A stretch of 62,611 nt of DNA, the filler included, from Sphacelaria rigidula (taxonomy: Eukaryota), in assembly GCA_964200075.2 (NCBI GenBank). It is 4 parts of 4 records of this genome, joined end to end, with 100 filler letters (N's around TTAATTAATTAA, not from the genome) between each part and the next. Parts side by side here need not be neighbours in the genome. Positions count along the whole stretch, not along the records: positions 31,363 to 46,941 come from CAXNAA020001692.1; positions 47,042 to 62,611 come from CAXNAA020001694.1; 2 more parts are not named here. One strand, written 5' to 3'. Positions 36,547 to 50,000 of this stretch are shown here, in pieces. The position numbers and the translations under genes were made by a program. Position 1 is the stretch's first letter, and every line of letters starts with the position of its first letter. The notes beneath the pieces are model-generated. The model saw nothing but the letters and a program-made list of their open reading frames with translations, was not told the origin of the DNA and did not search any database.

Positions 36547-37380
36547 CCATGTCATATCATATTCTTTCCATTCGAAAACAAGCGGTCGAACCGAATTGGT
36601 CGCTACGAGGCCGTATCAGATACGTCCACGACCTATATATTCTCAAATGGCTTCAAGTTCATCGTATAATTATTGCGCGCGACGGGCAGGGTCAAAAACA
36701 GAAAAGCTTAGCTTTCTCGAGCGCAATGAGCGGCGGGAATGAACGAAGGGACACAAGACTTATTTGTTGGAGGTAAGCATGCCAGATACCACCCTTTCAA
36801 AGACCTATGCAAAATCCACATGGATCATTCGCACCCACCAACTCAACCGTGCAGCATAGATCACGACCTGAGCACAGGGATACATACATACACTGCAGTG
36901 GTAGGAACCGACACCCCAACCCTCTTGGCATGACGTGTTTCTTTTCTGTCGGCGAAAACTTGGCCATCCAATTTTGTCGAAGGGTCCACTGACGTCGTTG
37001 CATGTTGGGGTGGGCGACCGAATTGCGAACAAGCTCATGGACAGTACAGTAGAGGCAGTGCAAAACTGCAGGTGATTTAAATCTTCTTCAAATCCTCCTG
37101 TATGCAAAGTACAGACAACTCTATTGTCTGTATGTCACGCTGCCCGCTTCTATTACACATCGCGCCTGCATGCTGTACAAAACACACTATGCACAGGCAG
37201 CATGTACTGTCTGCACTTTCTGTACTGCTGCCTGTATTGAATACAAGCGAACAAGTACCGCCTCACGAATTTTGTGTAGCCTTTTCGATCCAAACCGTGC
37301 AAATTCGCTCGGACTCAAACACGGCCAAACAAACTCAATCTATTCCGACGCACGAAGTCGTTCGACTCGAACATTTTTAA

Positions 37381-37478
37381 CCCTTAGACCGCGAGGTTAG
37401 TCTTCTGTTGAATCGGCATCAATTTCAAGTGAAAAAAAGCATGCATGGTCCAGAAAGACTAATCTCGCGGTCTAAGGA
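37381..37478. mobile_element. 98-bp piggyBac-like MITE
   Basis: TTAA|CCCTTAGACCGCGAGGTTAGTC ... GACTAATCTCGCGGTCTAAGGA|TTAC. Confidence 0.7.
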
Positions 37479-37910
37479 TTACTAAGTCACGGTCGAAGAC
37501 TCAAACTGGTCGTTGTGGGAGCAATCCCCTTTGATGAAAACCCGCCTTACAATATTCGACAAAATGGTCACTCCCCTACTTCCAGCCTTCTTTCCTGGCT
37601 CGGTAATTCCTCGGCAAACTTGCACAGACGGATGGCTTACTTCATCGCTTCGTTACCTCTTCGGTTGGTGTAAGGACAGGCACGCCCCCGCCCCGTAATA
37701 AATCACTTCCCCGCCAACTGGGAACCCCTGAATATTTCGGCACCGTCAGCCGGCGAAACTGTTCCGAGGGGGAGACTCACATCCCAAGCGTTGACGCGGT
37801 ATCGACCGGCGTACAAGGGATCCAAACTGAGACCCACTTTCAACCATCTCACAAGCCAAGCGAAAATATCGACGGGCAAACTACATGATGAGATGTATCA
37901 TAGAATTCTT

Positions 37911-39444
37911 CACACGTCGGACAGGTCAGCTTTCTGTAGCTCGCGCTAGCTCTTTTTTGAGAGCTGCGTGAGGTACGTATGTCTTATTTGGCCGAGCTAC
38001 CAACCCGTACCTCATCAGCTTACATTCGCTCTGGGTGAGCTATGAGAGCTACTAACTCGTAGCTCATCAGATCATATCCGCCGCGGGTGAGCTATGATAG
38101 CTGCATGAGCCACGCACATTTGTCCAAGGTGAGCTACCGGACGTGGCTAATGCGCGCGTGTTTACCCGGGGTAAACTGTGAGAGCTACATCAGCCTCCTT
38201 AACCCTCAGACCGCGAGGTTAGTCTTTTGTTGAATCGGCATCAATTTCAAGTGACAAAAAGTATGCCTGATCCAGAAAGACTAATTTCGCGGTCTAAGGG
38301 TAAAGCTAAACAGCTACGGGAGCTACGCCGATTTTGGAATCGTTTCTGTTCCGATGCTCATGCACGTTGATCCGCGAAAACGGTTACATGTATCACGCCT
38401 GTGCTTCGTTTTGTGCAGTGATGGATTCGCCGTTTGTAAACAACAATGACCGCATCAGAAGCCATCCCCGCCGTTGCCACCACACCCACCCACACCCCGC
38501 CCTACATGGCGACCGCCGGGGGCAGCAGCTATAGCGGCGCTTCGGTTGGAAACGATGCCGCGTGTATCTGGATCCTCCGCAACAAGCGATCGATGTGGAG
38601 GAATAAGTGAACACACATACTCGTACATTATTTGATTGCTTAATGCTTTGACCGGGAGGGCAGGCAATCAGTCGAATCGGCATCACTCACCCCCCCCCAA
38701 TTATGAATTATGCTGATTTTAGCGATCGCCTACCCTCGCAGTCGAAGGGTTAACCATTTTGACGGCGAGCATAGGTCATTTGTTGAATCGGTTTCAATTT
38801 CACTTGAAAAAAGTATGCATGACCACATTACTCGTGCCCTCGCGGCCACGGGGTCAAAAGTAGTGAGTTGGTCGATTATCAAAGACACCGAATCTGAATC
38901 ATGTTTCGAACCATTCGACAATGCGAACGAGGATTCGTGTCAAGCTTTTTGGTTCCCACAGTGAAAAGCGAGGCAGGAAACCACAAACTAATGATTTGTT
39001 ACGCCGTCCATTCGAACAAGAACGTAACATCATGAGCGACACCGGGTTTGCCAGCGGCGAGCTGGAGAACTGCGTGAGCTACACATGATTTTCCTAGGTG
39101 AGCTATGAGAGTTATATGAGCTATGCCTGCTTCGCCCAGGTGAGCCACCAACCCGTAGCTCATCAGCTCATATATGCCCTGGGTGAGATATGAGAGCTAC
39201 ATGAGCTACGCACGTTTGCCCTAGGTGAGCTACTAACCCGTAGCTCATCAGCTCATATTCGCCGTGGGTGAGCTATGAGAGCTACATGAGCTATGCATGT
39301 TTGTCTCGGGTGAGCGATCAACCCGTAGCTCATCAGCGCAAGTTCACCTTGGGTAAGCTATCGGACGTAGCTTGCATGCACATGTTTGACCTGACGTGAG
39401 ATACAGCCAACAGATCAACCAGCTCATGAGCTGTCCGACGTGTG
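37911..39444. mobile_element. CACACG-ended TIR element with GAGCTA subterminal arrays (EnSpm/CACTA-like architecture)
   Basis: Perfect 14-bp TIR CACACGTCGGACAG / CTGTCCGACGTGTG. Many GGTGAGCTATGAGAGCTAC and ACCCGTAGCTCATCAGC units at 37925-38330 and 39055-39435. No TSD is seen. Confidence 0.75.
38203..38300. mobile_element. 98-bp piggyBac-like MITE, nested in the CACACG element
   Basis: TTAA|CCCTCAGACCGCGAGG ... TCGCGGTCTAAGGG|TAAA, near-identical to 37381-37478. Confidence 0.7.
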
Positions 39445-40329
39445 GAGTCTTTGGAGCGAAGAACAAACATGGGCCCCCGTCAGTTTTGATATTGAGTCAC
39501 ATGACAAATCAAAACGGTGTAGCACTCTGATGTACTCTTTTCCGAACGCATCCACCTCAACGTCGACATTCAATTATTCTTCACGCCAGTCACTGAGACT
39601 CGAGAACGAAGAGAAACGTAACACCTTGCTACGTACCTATACCAATCATTGAGAAACCGAAAGTGTACGAATATATCCTGGAGCAAAGGGGATGTAGGAA
39701 CGTTATCTGGAGCCCCCACCGCCAAGATATTCTAAGCGAGAAGAAACAAAGAAGGGGAAAGTGATACTATAATTCGCAAACCATCGTGTTTTTCTCCAAT
39801 ACATCGCGGTTGTACTTACCTTTCACTGAGAAGAGAGCAAGTTCACGACGAGAAACTCGTATTTTGACTGAAAATAGTTTGAAAAATCAATGTTGTGCCC
39901 GACAATCGGCACCCGAGCTGGTGGGAGGTTCTAGGAGAACGGTTGTAGGCCCCCAAGACAGGAGGATGATGGAAAATCAACGTCTGTCTGTATGGGCCAT
40001 GTTGTGATTCACAAGTGTCTCCAATCCGCCCGCTCAATCATAGATGCACGGTCTACAGTTTTCATACTTTGAAAAAACTGTACTTATTAGAACTATTCTT
40101 TGCGGGAACCAGTCTGTAACTGTACAAAAATGAGGATTTCAGTACATCTAGTGTACAGGCGATTTTCTCTCGCAGATAATTTTTTCAGACCCCAGTCCGC
40201 TGGGAAATGTTTTTCGGCCACCTGTGAGAAAAGCAGATCAATTTCCCGTTTCTGCGGACGAATCGCCTGTGATGGGAAATCCTCATATTTGTGCAACCAC
40301 GTATCATGTCTGATTTAGAATTTACTCGT

Positions 40330-40950
40330 ATAACAGCACCCGAGGGCGACGACACATACATCCACGCATAGAATTGTCATACTCCAAATGTCCCCGGGTC
40401 TGTTGAGCCGGTTTCTCGGAACAGAAGATCTTGGACGCTACATAGCTGCATGTGCCGGTTAAGCAGCACTTTCGGAGCACCTGGCGTGTGGACTTGTCTG
40501 GTGTATTGAGAGTATATTGAGTACCCATTCCCCAATATACCTGGTGCAGTGTTTGGTTGTATCGAGTCAAGAACTGCGTTTCATCAGTACCAACTTGTAC
40601 GGGAGGGACTGTCGGAAATAATTAGTATTCCGAACTGCCTGGAGCATTCCCTGCCGAGATATTCAGTATTCTGTAGTGAATGTGGAATCGACACCTTCAC
40701 GTGATTTTACCCGTGTTCAAACACCGGCCCTAATGATCCAGGCACCTTTTGCAGTTTGTAGGGCAGTTGTGCGTGATTTTCGGCCCTTCAAGACGAATGC
40801 TTTTGCCGTACACATCCAAATGGAGCTTGAACCACCGTGGCTTCCGATCCAAATCAGCCTAACCAACACACCCGTCCCGTGTGACACCAGTGTCCATTCA
40901 AGTGTACGTTGACACGGCAACTGACCCAAAGCATGTCGGCACGTATCTCT
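40330..40950 (-). pseudogene. Highly degenerate gypsy-like integrase remnant (tentative)
   Basis: QVGTDETQFLTRYNQTLHQVYWGMGTQYTLNTPDKSTRQV loosely fits rve TD.GTQF...G....T.YHPQSNGQVER. Confidence 0.3.
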
Positions 40951-42372
40951 GTTAAAGCTGGCAAAGCGGCAGAGCGCAGGGCTTTTACGAGTGGGTCTCA
41001 CTCAGCCTCCATCTATTTTTTCGCGCACCAGTCTTTACTCGTAGGTATACCGGATTGTGTCAAAAGCTGCGATCAGAGGTCTCGCCTAGCATCATCTCAC
41101 TGTAGGACGAGGGGTGGGCAACCACTGTACTGTTCAACATCATATGGGGACACGTCACGCACGGCGCGATACTGTACAAGTGGAGGCGATACTCCTAGTA
41201 GGTAATCAGCTCTGTTGCTGTTATTGTTGTTTGCAGTCTACAACCAGCAACAGAGTGGGTACTGGATATGTACCCGCCTATACCACATGTTTCTCAGGTC
41301 ACGTGCACCACACACAACCAGGCAGCCATTGAAACGTACCGCAGGAAAGATATTGTCCCTTCCGTCACAAACTCCCCCGTGCACCGCTTGACATGCAAAA
41401 AAAGGACGTGGTCATTCTGATTTGCGAAAATTGATCAAACCGTCGAGTTGGAACAAACCCTCTGCACCGTACAAGCTCAGGAAGCGCTTTGACGTATTAT
41501 CTCATAACAGTGAAATTCCGTGCACGATCATACCTGCTGGGCCATCGAGTTGAGAGACATAAGACTCCGGCGGATAGTCCACTTCGATATCAGACTGCTC
41601 TCCATCGGTATCCTCCCCTCGTATCAGTATCCCACCGACGGGCATAGTGCCGGGCGAACTTGGAACCTCCATCCCCGTATGTCACGCTAGCTGCCCTCTA
41701 GGTCCTGTGCTGTCACCACTCTCGTACTCTCGAATCAATTGGTTCTCTCGCCTACCGCGTGTGCGCAATGGCGCACACAGCTCTTCTTGTATCCGTCTTT
41801 GCTCCTCGTTCTGTGTTTGCCCGATATCGGTACAACGCGGTACAGTGCAGCACAGATATTGCTTTGTTCTTCTGCTGCAGCGTGAGGGCCGTGGAACACT
41901 TACACTGCAGACGCTAGGCAAATCGGTCAGCAAACAGCTCTGGCACTTGCTATACGAGAGCTAGAGACACGTGCGCGATCTGTGATGATATCTGGCCAGG
42001 TTTCCCCGGATTACTTTTGACGGATTTTGTATATCAAATATTCTGCAACCCGTATATTTATGTTTTTCATAACAACACTAGGCTACGTTGCTCTGCTCGT
42101 ACCTCCAAAATAAAATAAAAAGATTGGCTTTCCTGATCATTTGTTGTTGCGGAGGGCACACGCGCCGAAAGTTTTGAAGTGATCTCGCGAACGACAGCGA
42201 TTCCGACCTAGTCGACGGTCCGAATCTTCAATGCAAGACATTAGACGACGGCTAGAACAGAATAAATCGATTTCTACCGTTGCACCTACTTGCACGTACA
42301 TCTAACACAGCCCGTTTTTCAGTTCCCCTCGAACTACCGTTCTCACTGCCGTCGCTGTTCTTTCCAACGGCC

Positions 42373-42591
42373 ATGGGAATGTCAGGATCAGCGGCCGATA
42401 GCTTTCTTCGAAGGCATCAATTGCTTTCGTTGTGTTTCTGGGTGACGCTGCTGTTTGGGATATTGTACGGAATGGCGACCATGGATGTGGCGGGTCAATG
42501 TTACAGTGAGCCGTGCTTGCCTGATTCGCCTGCGGTAACTACTGGACTCGGCTTCGCGACGGCTATTGCCTCGTTTGTGTTCATATGTCAG
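42373..42591 (+). CDS. Probable first coding exon of an uncharacterised membrane protein (73 aa, two hydrophobic segments)
   Basis: gccATGg start context; MGMSGSAADSFLRRHQLLSLCFWVTLLFGILYGMA...GLGFATAIASFVFICQ followed by a CAG|GTGCGC donor in phase 0. No downstream exon was identified in this contig. Confidence 0.6.
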
Positions 42592-42899
42592 GTGCGCGTT
42601 TGTACGATAAAAGGACACATGCTATTGCTTCTGCTTGCACGTATGCATCTTGTGGGGTATTCTCGTTCAACCGCACGATTCGTAGTTTCCACTATTTAAT
42701 TAGACGAAAGGCGACGCCACAACTCAAAACTTGAGCTTTCATCCGGTACACCTCTACTGAACTAAATACCCACGAGCGCGTTGCCATCTTGAGACAAATA
42801 CAGAACAGTCACTGCATAGCTTTGCACGTTCGGGATTTGCGCCCCACGTGTCAGCCTACATCATCTGTGCATGCGACCGGTTGGTTTTCACTACTTCCA

Positions 42900-44160
42900 A
42901 GAGCTTTGTTGAAGCACTTCTACCACCCGTTGTAGGCAGGTTTCAAAGGGCGTATGTTCCGGTATTGCCGAGGTTGTTCTTGGGGAATGCGGCATCGCGC
43001 ACGTAGTGTTGACAACTTACTCTTGGGTTCGGTTTGACCAAGGTGTCCATGTCCTCGATATGTCGCCGTCTGTGTGTGCACTCGCCGTGGAATATCACGT
43101 CAAGTCGTGGAGGTCATCCGTCTCCGGTCAAACATGGGTTGAGCAAGGCAGTCTTGTATAGTAGTAAGCACCGGCTGCATACATATTCAAAGTCGACTTG
43201 CCAATCGGCCGCGCAGCGAGTACATAACCTTACACCCTCATCCTTACCCACCTACAGGATGTGGTGGGTATTTGATCACATATACGCACACGTGACCGAT
43301 GGTACTGGTAGGGGTGTTATGCTGTTATGCTGTACTTTTCGCGGCGTGGCGATCACGAAGCCCCAATCTCATATCGTAGCCACAGTCGATGCGGCCGGAG
43401 AGGTGGGATGATTTGACGATGTTGTAACGGCTGGGGTGTGTAATTCTCATCGACACCAATATCTGAGGCCCATACACCTGATTGCAGGAAAGGAGCGAGT
43501 ACCTCGGGCGGTAGTCGTAAAGCACCTGCAACACGGCCACTGTCTGGTGTCTGTGCACCGCACAGAGACTACAACAAGAGTACTCCAGCCCTCTCCATTT
43601 GGCGGCTCTTTTTCGTTTTCTCCCCGGGCGGAATAATATGTGCTAGGACAACAGTATTACAAGGCCGGGTGGAGTGAGATTGTCAATGATATTGTATGCA
43701 TGATGGCAGCTTGGTTCGAATTCTCAGCTATCAGCGAAACCCTCACACGGGCTGGACATAGCGGGATATGGGTGTTGATGTTGGTAGGTTTGGCGACAAA
43801 TCTGTCTTGGTAAGACTCTGATCATGATCATGGTGCAGAAATAACATCTCTCATCCTGAGGACTGAGCAAACTTGTCTGATTTCAGTGGGTAATGACCCC
43901 CTGACACGCATGCACGAGCTGGAGATCGTGATACGAGATGCGAGGGAGGGGAGAAATACGAGCGTAGCACGTGTCGAGATGTCTTGCGACAAACCTGCTT
44001 TGGTGAGACGGTTGTTACACTCATATAATAGTGCAGAAGTGTCTCGTCTTGGGGACCAATCTTGGCTCGTCCCTGTGTGATCAGTAACAAACCTGCGGAG
44101 TAGGATGTTTTTGGTCGTGCAGTGTTCGTTTTCAGTTCTTATCCGACCGATGTGATCCCA
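42900..44160 (-). pseudogene. Highly degenerate Ty3/gypsy-like integrase remnant (tentative)
   Basis: Broken minus-strand peptides (ALLYECNN..AGLSQDIST..LVFLP..SSCMRV; HNTPTSTIG) loosely resemble the H2C2 zinc-binding and rve regions. Many stops. Confidence 0.35.
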
Positions 44161-45239
44161 CAACGGCAGTATTTACACCGCGCAGAAATTTCCTAGAAAT
44201 TAACGATCCGAGGTGGCCCCCTCTGTTCTTCCCATGTCTCATTACGTCATGGGTCCACGCCTGTCGTTCCCTCATGCTGCTTCAAGATATCGCATAGGAT
44301 AATATGTCGACCTACGCCGCACCCGTCGACCCTTGCGGCCTATGGGTCAACACTTTCCAGATCTGCCATATGGGTCTTGCTCTCTTTTCTTCAAGTAATC
44401 ATGATCCGATTCAACAGATGACTCGACCTGCTTTGTTTCCAGATGAAGAACCGGTCGGTTCCCGTTGGGTGGTCTTTATGTTGCAACTACGGCCTGCGGC
44501 TGAATTCACACACTACGGACAGTACAGTCAGCACCGTAGTAGCACGCGCAGTCTCATGGCATATTCTCCAATCTTACTTTTTGCAGCGGCCTGCGCACAC
44601 CGCCCAAGTGAATCATTTTGGTGTAGTCCGTCGACCAGGCTGGTTCTCACCGGAGACGATCGGTTGTTTTTCTCAAAAACTGTTCTCGAGTCGAGGGCAT
44701 TTTCTCTGCCCAGATCGATACCCCGATCTGCACGCAGGTTCAGAAATGCGGCAATTCGGGCAGTGGTCAAACGCCTCTGCATTTCTATACGAAAGAGGTA
44801 CAAGAGACCCGACAAGGTAACGCTATACACACCTACACACGGAGCCCCGAAAAATACACGCGAAGATACCCACCACTCACGCGCATCAACTTCAGCACCT
44901 GTCCTTGCTCAACCACCTACACGCGGCAGTATTTGACTGAAATCCGTTCTGTATTGGGGGAAAGGCGGCTGCAGTGCGCGCCAAAGCACAACCGCAAACG
45001 TGCGGGTGCTGACCCTTCGTGTGCGTGTCACCCACAATGTGCTCAGCTAAAGCAGCTACGGTTCGAACTGCGTTTTTTGTTTATTTGTAAAGGCAATGAG
45101 TTCCTCAGATTCACCTCTGATTGTGTAGGGTTGTGTATCAAGCCTTTGCGTGTCAACGGGATATCTATGTTCCTCGTCTGCTGAAACAAAGTCGTTTTCC
45201 AAGCAGTGTTTTGGTCTGGGCTTCGATCCGGACAAAAAT

Positions 45240-46564
45240 CAGGGATGTGTACGGATTAAGGATAATTTCGCGGATTATTATGGTACGGTTTGTCCAACCG
45301 CACCGAGGTGCAGATATCCGCTCCGTGACAATCCGTTACTTTTCCCACAAGTGGATATCCGCTCCGTACCCTGTTCGAAAAATCCGCTCCGCCCCGTGAC
45401 AAATGAAGGCCGCATTTCCGCTCCGCGATAATCCGTCAGCTTTCCGATGTACGCATATCCGCTCCGTGACAAAAAATAAAAAAAACGCTCCGCTTCGTAA
45501 GGATTTACAATTACGCGGTTGGAACCGTGAAACGCGGTTTTCTACGGAGCGGTTTTGTCCACCCCGTAGCTCACCCGTGCGTTCTCCGTAGCATAACTTC
45601 CGGATCGAACCGCTGAAAAGCCACGGATTTCCATGGACTAAAATGTTCTGGATAAGCAATTCACCGATGCGGTTCTAAACTTTTGCTGTGAATCATGCAA
45701 AGCGCAGTTCGCACGACACGACACACACACACACACATATGTGCGCCTCAAACTGGAAAGCGTAGTCCAAACACTGTAGCGGTGCGCGGACCTCGGATGG
45801 TAAATGCCAGGGATTCCAATACCGAACACAAATCCGAGTAATCTCCTACTTCGGCGGCTGAGGTGGAGGTGGAGGTGTCCACCTCTACACCTGGTTTTGA
45901 TTCTCCTCCTTCTTCCCCACGTGAGAACTCTTGCGATTCTACTGTACCCACCCCCACACCTCCCGCCAAGACCGTAAAAGTGTTCGACGTTCGGTGGTCA
46001 AAATGGCGGTGGACGCTGGTCCCACTGTAGGGTAATCTCGGAGGTGTGGCTATACTTCCACAAGTTCGACAAGAGACGTGACGTTATATGCCGAGCATTT
46101 TATCCGCCGCCCCCCCTGTCCAGCATCTAGAAGTCTCAGCAAAACGACTCATTTCGTACTTCTTGGTATTCATCCGCGGATATCCATGCAATTTTCGCGG
46201 ATAACCGTGTCATTTTAACGGATTATTGCCTCGGTGCACCGTGGGGAAATGCCGCGGTTTGTGCGGTTTGTTCCACGGAGGGGGACAATCCGCTCCGTGA
46301 AAAAATCTGCGCGATAGACATCCGCTCTGCAATAATCCGTGCTTGTGTAGCTTGATTCTTCCCACTAGCGGATATCCGCTCCGCTCCGTGACATCATCAA
46401 GGCCGCATATCCGCTCCGCAATAATCCGCGACATTTTCAATCGCGAGTATCCGCTCCGTCATACTCCGCCATTTTTCGCACATTCGGATATCTATTCCTC
46501 TCCGTGAGATTTAAAAAGAAAAAATCCGGACCCCGGAGCGGATTGTAGTCCGTACACATCCCAG
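45240..46564. mobile_element. Non-autonomous hAT-type element with ATCCGCTCCG subterminal repeats and a BED-finger remnant
   Basis: TIR CAGGGATGTGTACGGA / TCCGTACACATCCCAG. Flanks ACAAAAAT and CAAAAAAT. Internal SEVWLYFHKFDKRRDVIC at about 46038-46091 is the start of a BED zinc finger. Confidence 0.82.
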
Positions 46565-46635
46565 CAAAAAATAGTTGGTCATCCACATGGCTTTACCCTG
46601 GCGTTCAAAGGATCAAGGGACAGTTGTTAATAACT

Positions 46636-46865
46636 CAGTGTTGAAAATCGGATACGATCTTGATGAATATCGTCGATACGAATCAATATTGGTATTGATA
46701 TCGGTGTTCGATGTCTTTTTCTGTTGTTGGGGGGAGGGGGCGGGGGTCGGCAGCTTGGAATTACGGTGGAGGGTGGTGGGCAGCATATCGTCCCCCTTTT
46801 ATTCGCATGCTTCCGCCCACTATACGCCACACGAACCACACACACAGTATCTGCGCACTGCGCAA
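46636..46865 (+). mobile_element. GATATC-rich TIR-element fragment, truncated by a SINE head
   Basis: CAGTGTTGAAAATCGGATACG start; collinear with 3855-4187(-). Confidence 0.7.
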
Positions 46866-46941
46866 GCCGGTCGCCCCGGTGGCTCAGTTAGTAACCACGT
46901 AAGCTTCTGATGGTTCAGTTGTGGGGTTCGATTCCCGGAGC
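46866..46941 (+). mobile_element. tRNA-like SINE head running into the contig end
   Basis: GCCGGTCGCCCCGG-TGGCTCAGTTAG (A box) ... GGTTCGATTCCC (B box). Confidence 0.8.
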
Positions 46942-47041
46942 NNNNNNNNNNNNNNNNNNNNNNNNNNNNNNNNNNNNNNNNNNNNTTAATTAATTAANNN
47001 NNNNNNNNNNNNNNNNNNNNNNNNNNNNNNNNNNNNNNNNN
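46942..47041. other. Artificial contig spacer
   Basis: Identical 100-nt linker. Confidence 0.98.
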
Positions 47042-50000
47042 CTGACGTCCGAGACCTGATCCCCGACACGACCGAGACCAGCAGTGCACCTTTCTGGCCG
47101 GATCAGGAAGCCTCACGTTGACCTGTGGCAAGTGATCACTACAAAGTGTGCTTTCGATAGGGAGCAGATCTACTGGCCCCGGGGTCACCTCTCGACCCTC
47201 AGGCCCTGACGTCCGAGACCTGACCTCCGACACGAATGACATCCAGCAGTGCACCCCTCTGGCCGGGACAGAGACCCGAAGACTCACCCGTGGTCAGCTG
47301 TTCCTACCGCGTGTAGGTTAAATACAAAGCGGAAGTACTTGCCAGGTCTACCTTTCGGTCGTCCTGCGCTGACATCCAACATCGGATCCCAGACACGACC
47401 GAGACCAGCAGTGCACCTTTCTGGCCGGATCAGGAAGCCGTACGTTGACCTGTGGCAAGTGATCACTACGAAGTACGCTTCCGATAGGGAGCACATCGAT
47501 TGGTCCGGGTTCACCTCTCGACCCTCACACCCTGACGTCCGAGACCTGACCTCCGACACGAATGACATCCAGCAGTGCACCCCTCTGACCGGGACAGAGA
47601 CCCGAATACTGACCTGTGGTCAGCTGTTCCTACCGCGTGTACGTTAAACAGAGAGCGGAAGTACTTGCCAGGTCTACCTTCCGGTCGTCCTGCCCTGACG
47701 TCCAACATCGGATCCCCGACACGACCGAGACCAGCAGTGCACCTTTCTGGCCGGATCAGGGAGCCGCACGCTGACCTGTGGCAAGTGATCACTACAAAGT
47801 GTGCTTTCGATAGGAGGCAAATTTACCGGCCCGAGGTCACCTCTCGACCCTCGTGACCTGACGTCCGAGACCTGATCTCCGACACGAATGACATCCAGCA
47901 GTGCACCCATCTGGCCGGGATAGGAACCCGATATCGACATGTGGCCAGTTGTTCTTATCCCGTGTACGTTAAACACAGAGCGAAAGTACTTGCCAGGGCT
48001 CACCTTTCGGTCCTCCTGCTCTGACGTCCAACATCGGATCCCCGACACGACCGAGACCAGCAGTGCACCTTTCTGGCAGGATCAGGGAGGCGCACGTTGA
48101 CCTGTGGCATATGATCACTACAAAGTGCGCTTCCGATAAGGAGCACATCTACTGGCCCGGGGTCACCTCTCGACCCTCGTGACCTGACGTCCGAGACCTG
48201 ATCTCCGACACGAATGACATCCAGCAGTACACCTTTCCGGTCAGGACAGGAACCCGAATATTGACCTGTGCTCAGCTGTTCCTACCGCGTGTACGTTGAA
48301 CAGAGATTGGGGGTACTTGCCAGGGCTCACCTTTCGGTCCTCCTGCGCTGACGTCCAACATCCAATCCCCGACACGACCGAGACCAGCGGTGCACCTTTT
48401 TGGCCGGATCAGGGAGCCGCACGTTGACCTGTGGCAAGTGATCACTACCAAGTGTGCTTTCGATGGGAAGCAAATCTACCGGCCAGGGGTCACCTCTCGA
48501 CCCTCGTGACCTGACGTCCGAGACCTGATCTCCGACACGAATGACATCCAGCAGTGCACCCCTCTGGCCGGGACAGATACCCGAATACTGACCTGTGCTC
48601 AGCTGTTCCTACCGCGTGTACGTTGAACAGAGAGCGGAAGTACTTGCCAGGTCTACCTTTCGGTCCTCCTGCGCTGACATCCAACATCCAATCCCCGACA
48701 CGACCGAGACCAGCAGTGCACCTTTCTCGCCGGATCAGGGAGGCGCACGTTGACTGTGGCAAGTCATCACTACGAAGTGTGCTTTCGATGGGAAGCAAAT
48801 CTACCGGCCAGCGGTCAACTCTCGACCCTCGTGACCTGACGTCCGAGACCTGATCTCCGACACCAATGACATCCAGCAGTGCACCCCTCTGGCCGGGAGA
48901 GGAACCCGAATATTGACCTGTGGTCAGTTGTTCTTACCGCGGGTACGTTGAACAGAGAGCGAAAGTACTTGCCAGGGCTCACCTTTCGGTCCTCCTGCGC
49001 TGACGTCCGAGACCTGATCCCCGACACGACCGAGACCAGCAGTGCACCTTTCTGGCCGGATCATGGAGCCGCACGTTGACCTGTGGCAAGTGATCACTAC
49101 AAAGTGCGCTTTCGATAGGGAGCAGACCTACCGGCCGGGGGGTACCTCTCGACCCTCGTGACCTGCTGTCCGAGACTTGATCTCCGACACCAATGACATC
49201 CAGCAGTGCAACTTTCCGGTCGGGACAGGAACCCGAATATCGACATGTGGTCAGTTGTTCTTACCGCGGGTACGTTGAACAGAGAGCGAAAGTACTTGCC
49301 AGGGCTCACCTTTCGGTCCTCCTGCGCTGACGTCCGAGACCTGATCCCCGACACGACCGAGACCAGCAGTGCACCTTTCTGGCCGGATCAGGAAGCCTCA
49401 CGTTGACCTGTGGCAAGTGATCACTACAAAGTGTGCTTTCGATAGGGAGCAGACCTACCGGCCGGGGGCTACCTCTCGACCCTCGTGACCTGCTGTCCGA
49501 GACTTGATCTCCGACACGAATGACATCCAGCAGTGCACCTTTCCGGTCGGGACAGGAACCCGAATATCGACATGTGGCCAGTTGTTCTTATCCCGTGTAC
49601 GTTGAACACAGAGCGGAAGTACTTGCCAGGGCTCACCTTTCGGTCCTCCTGCGCTGACGTCCAACATTGGATCCCCGACACGACCGAGACCAGCAGTGCA
49701 CCTTTCTGGCCGGATAAGAGAGCCGCACGTTGACCTGTGGCAAGTGATCACTACAAAGTACACATTCGATAGGGAGCACATCTACTGGCCCGGGGTCATC
49801 TCTCGACCCTCGGGCCCTGACGTCCGAGACCTGATCTCCGACACAAATGACATCCAGCAGTGCACCCCTCTGGCCGGGACAGAGACCCGAAGACACACCC
49901 GTGGTCAGCTGTTCCTACCGCGTGTACGTTGAACACAGAGCGGGGGTACTTGCCAGGTCTACCTTCCGGTCGTCCTGCGCTGACGTCCAACATCAGGTCC

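Noticed and set aside
46866-46941. Genuine tRNA gene
   Set aside because: A and B boxes are present, but I find no convincing acceptor-stem pairing. The same head is fused to a SINE body at 33743-34146.
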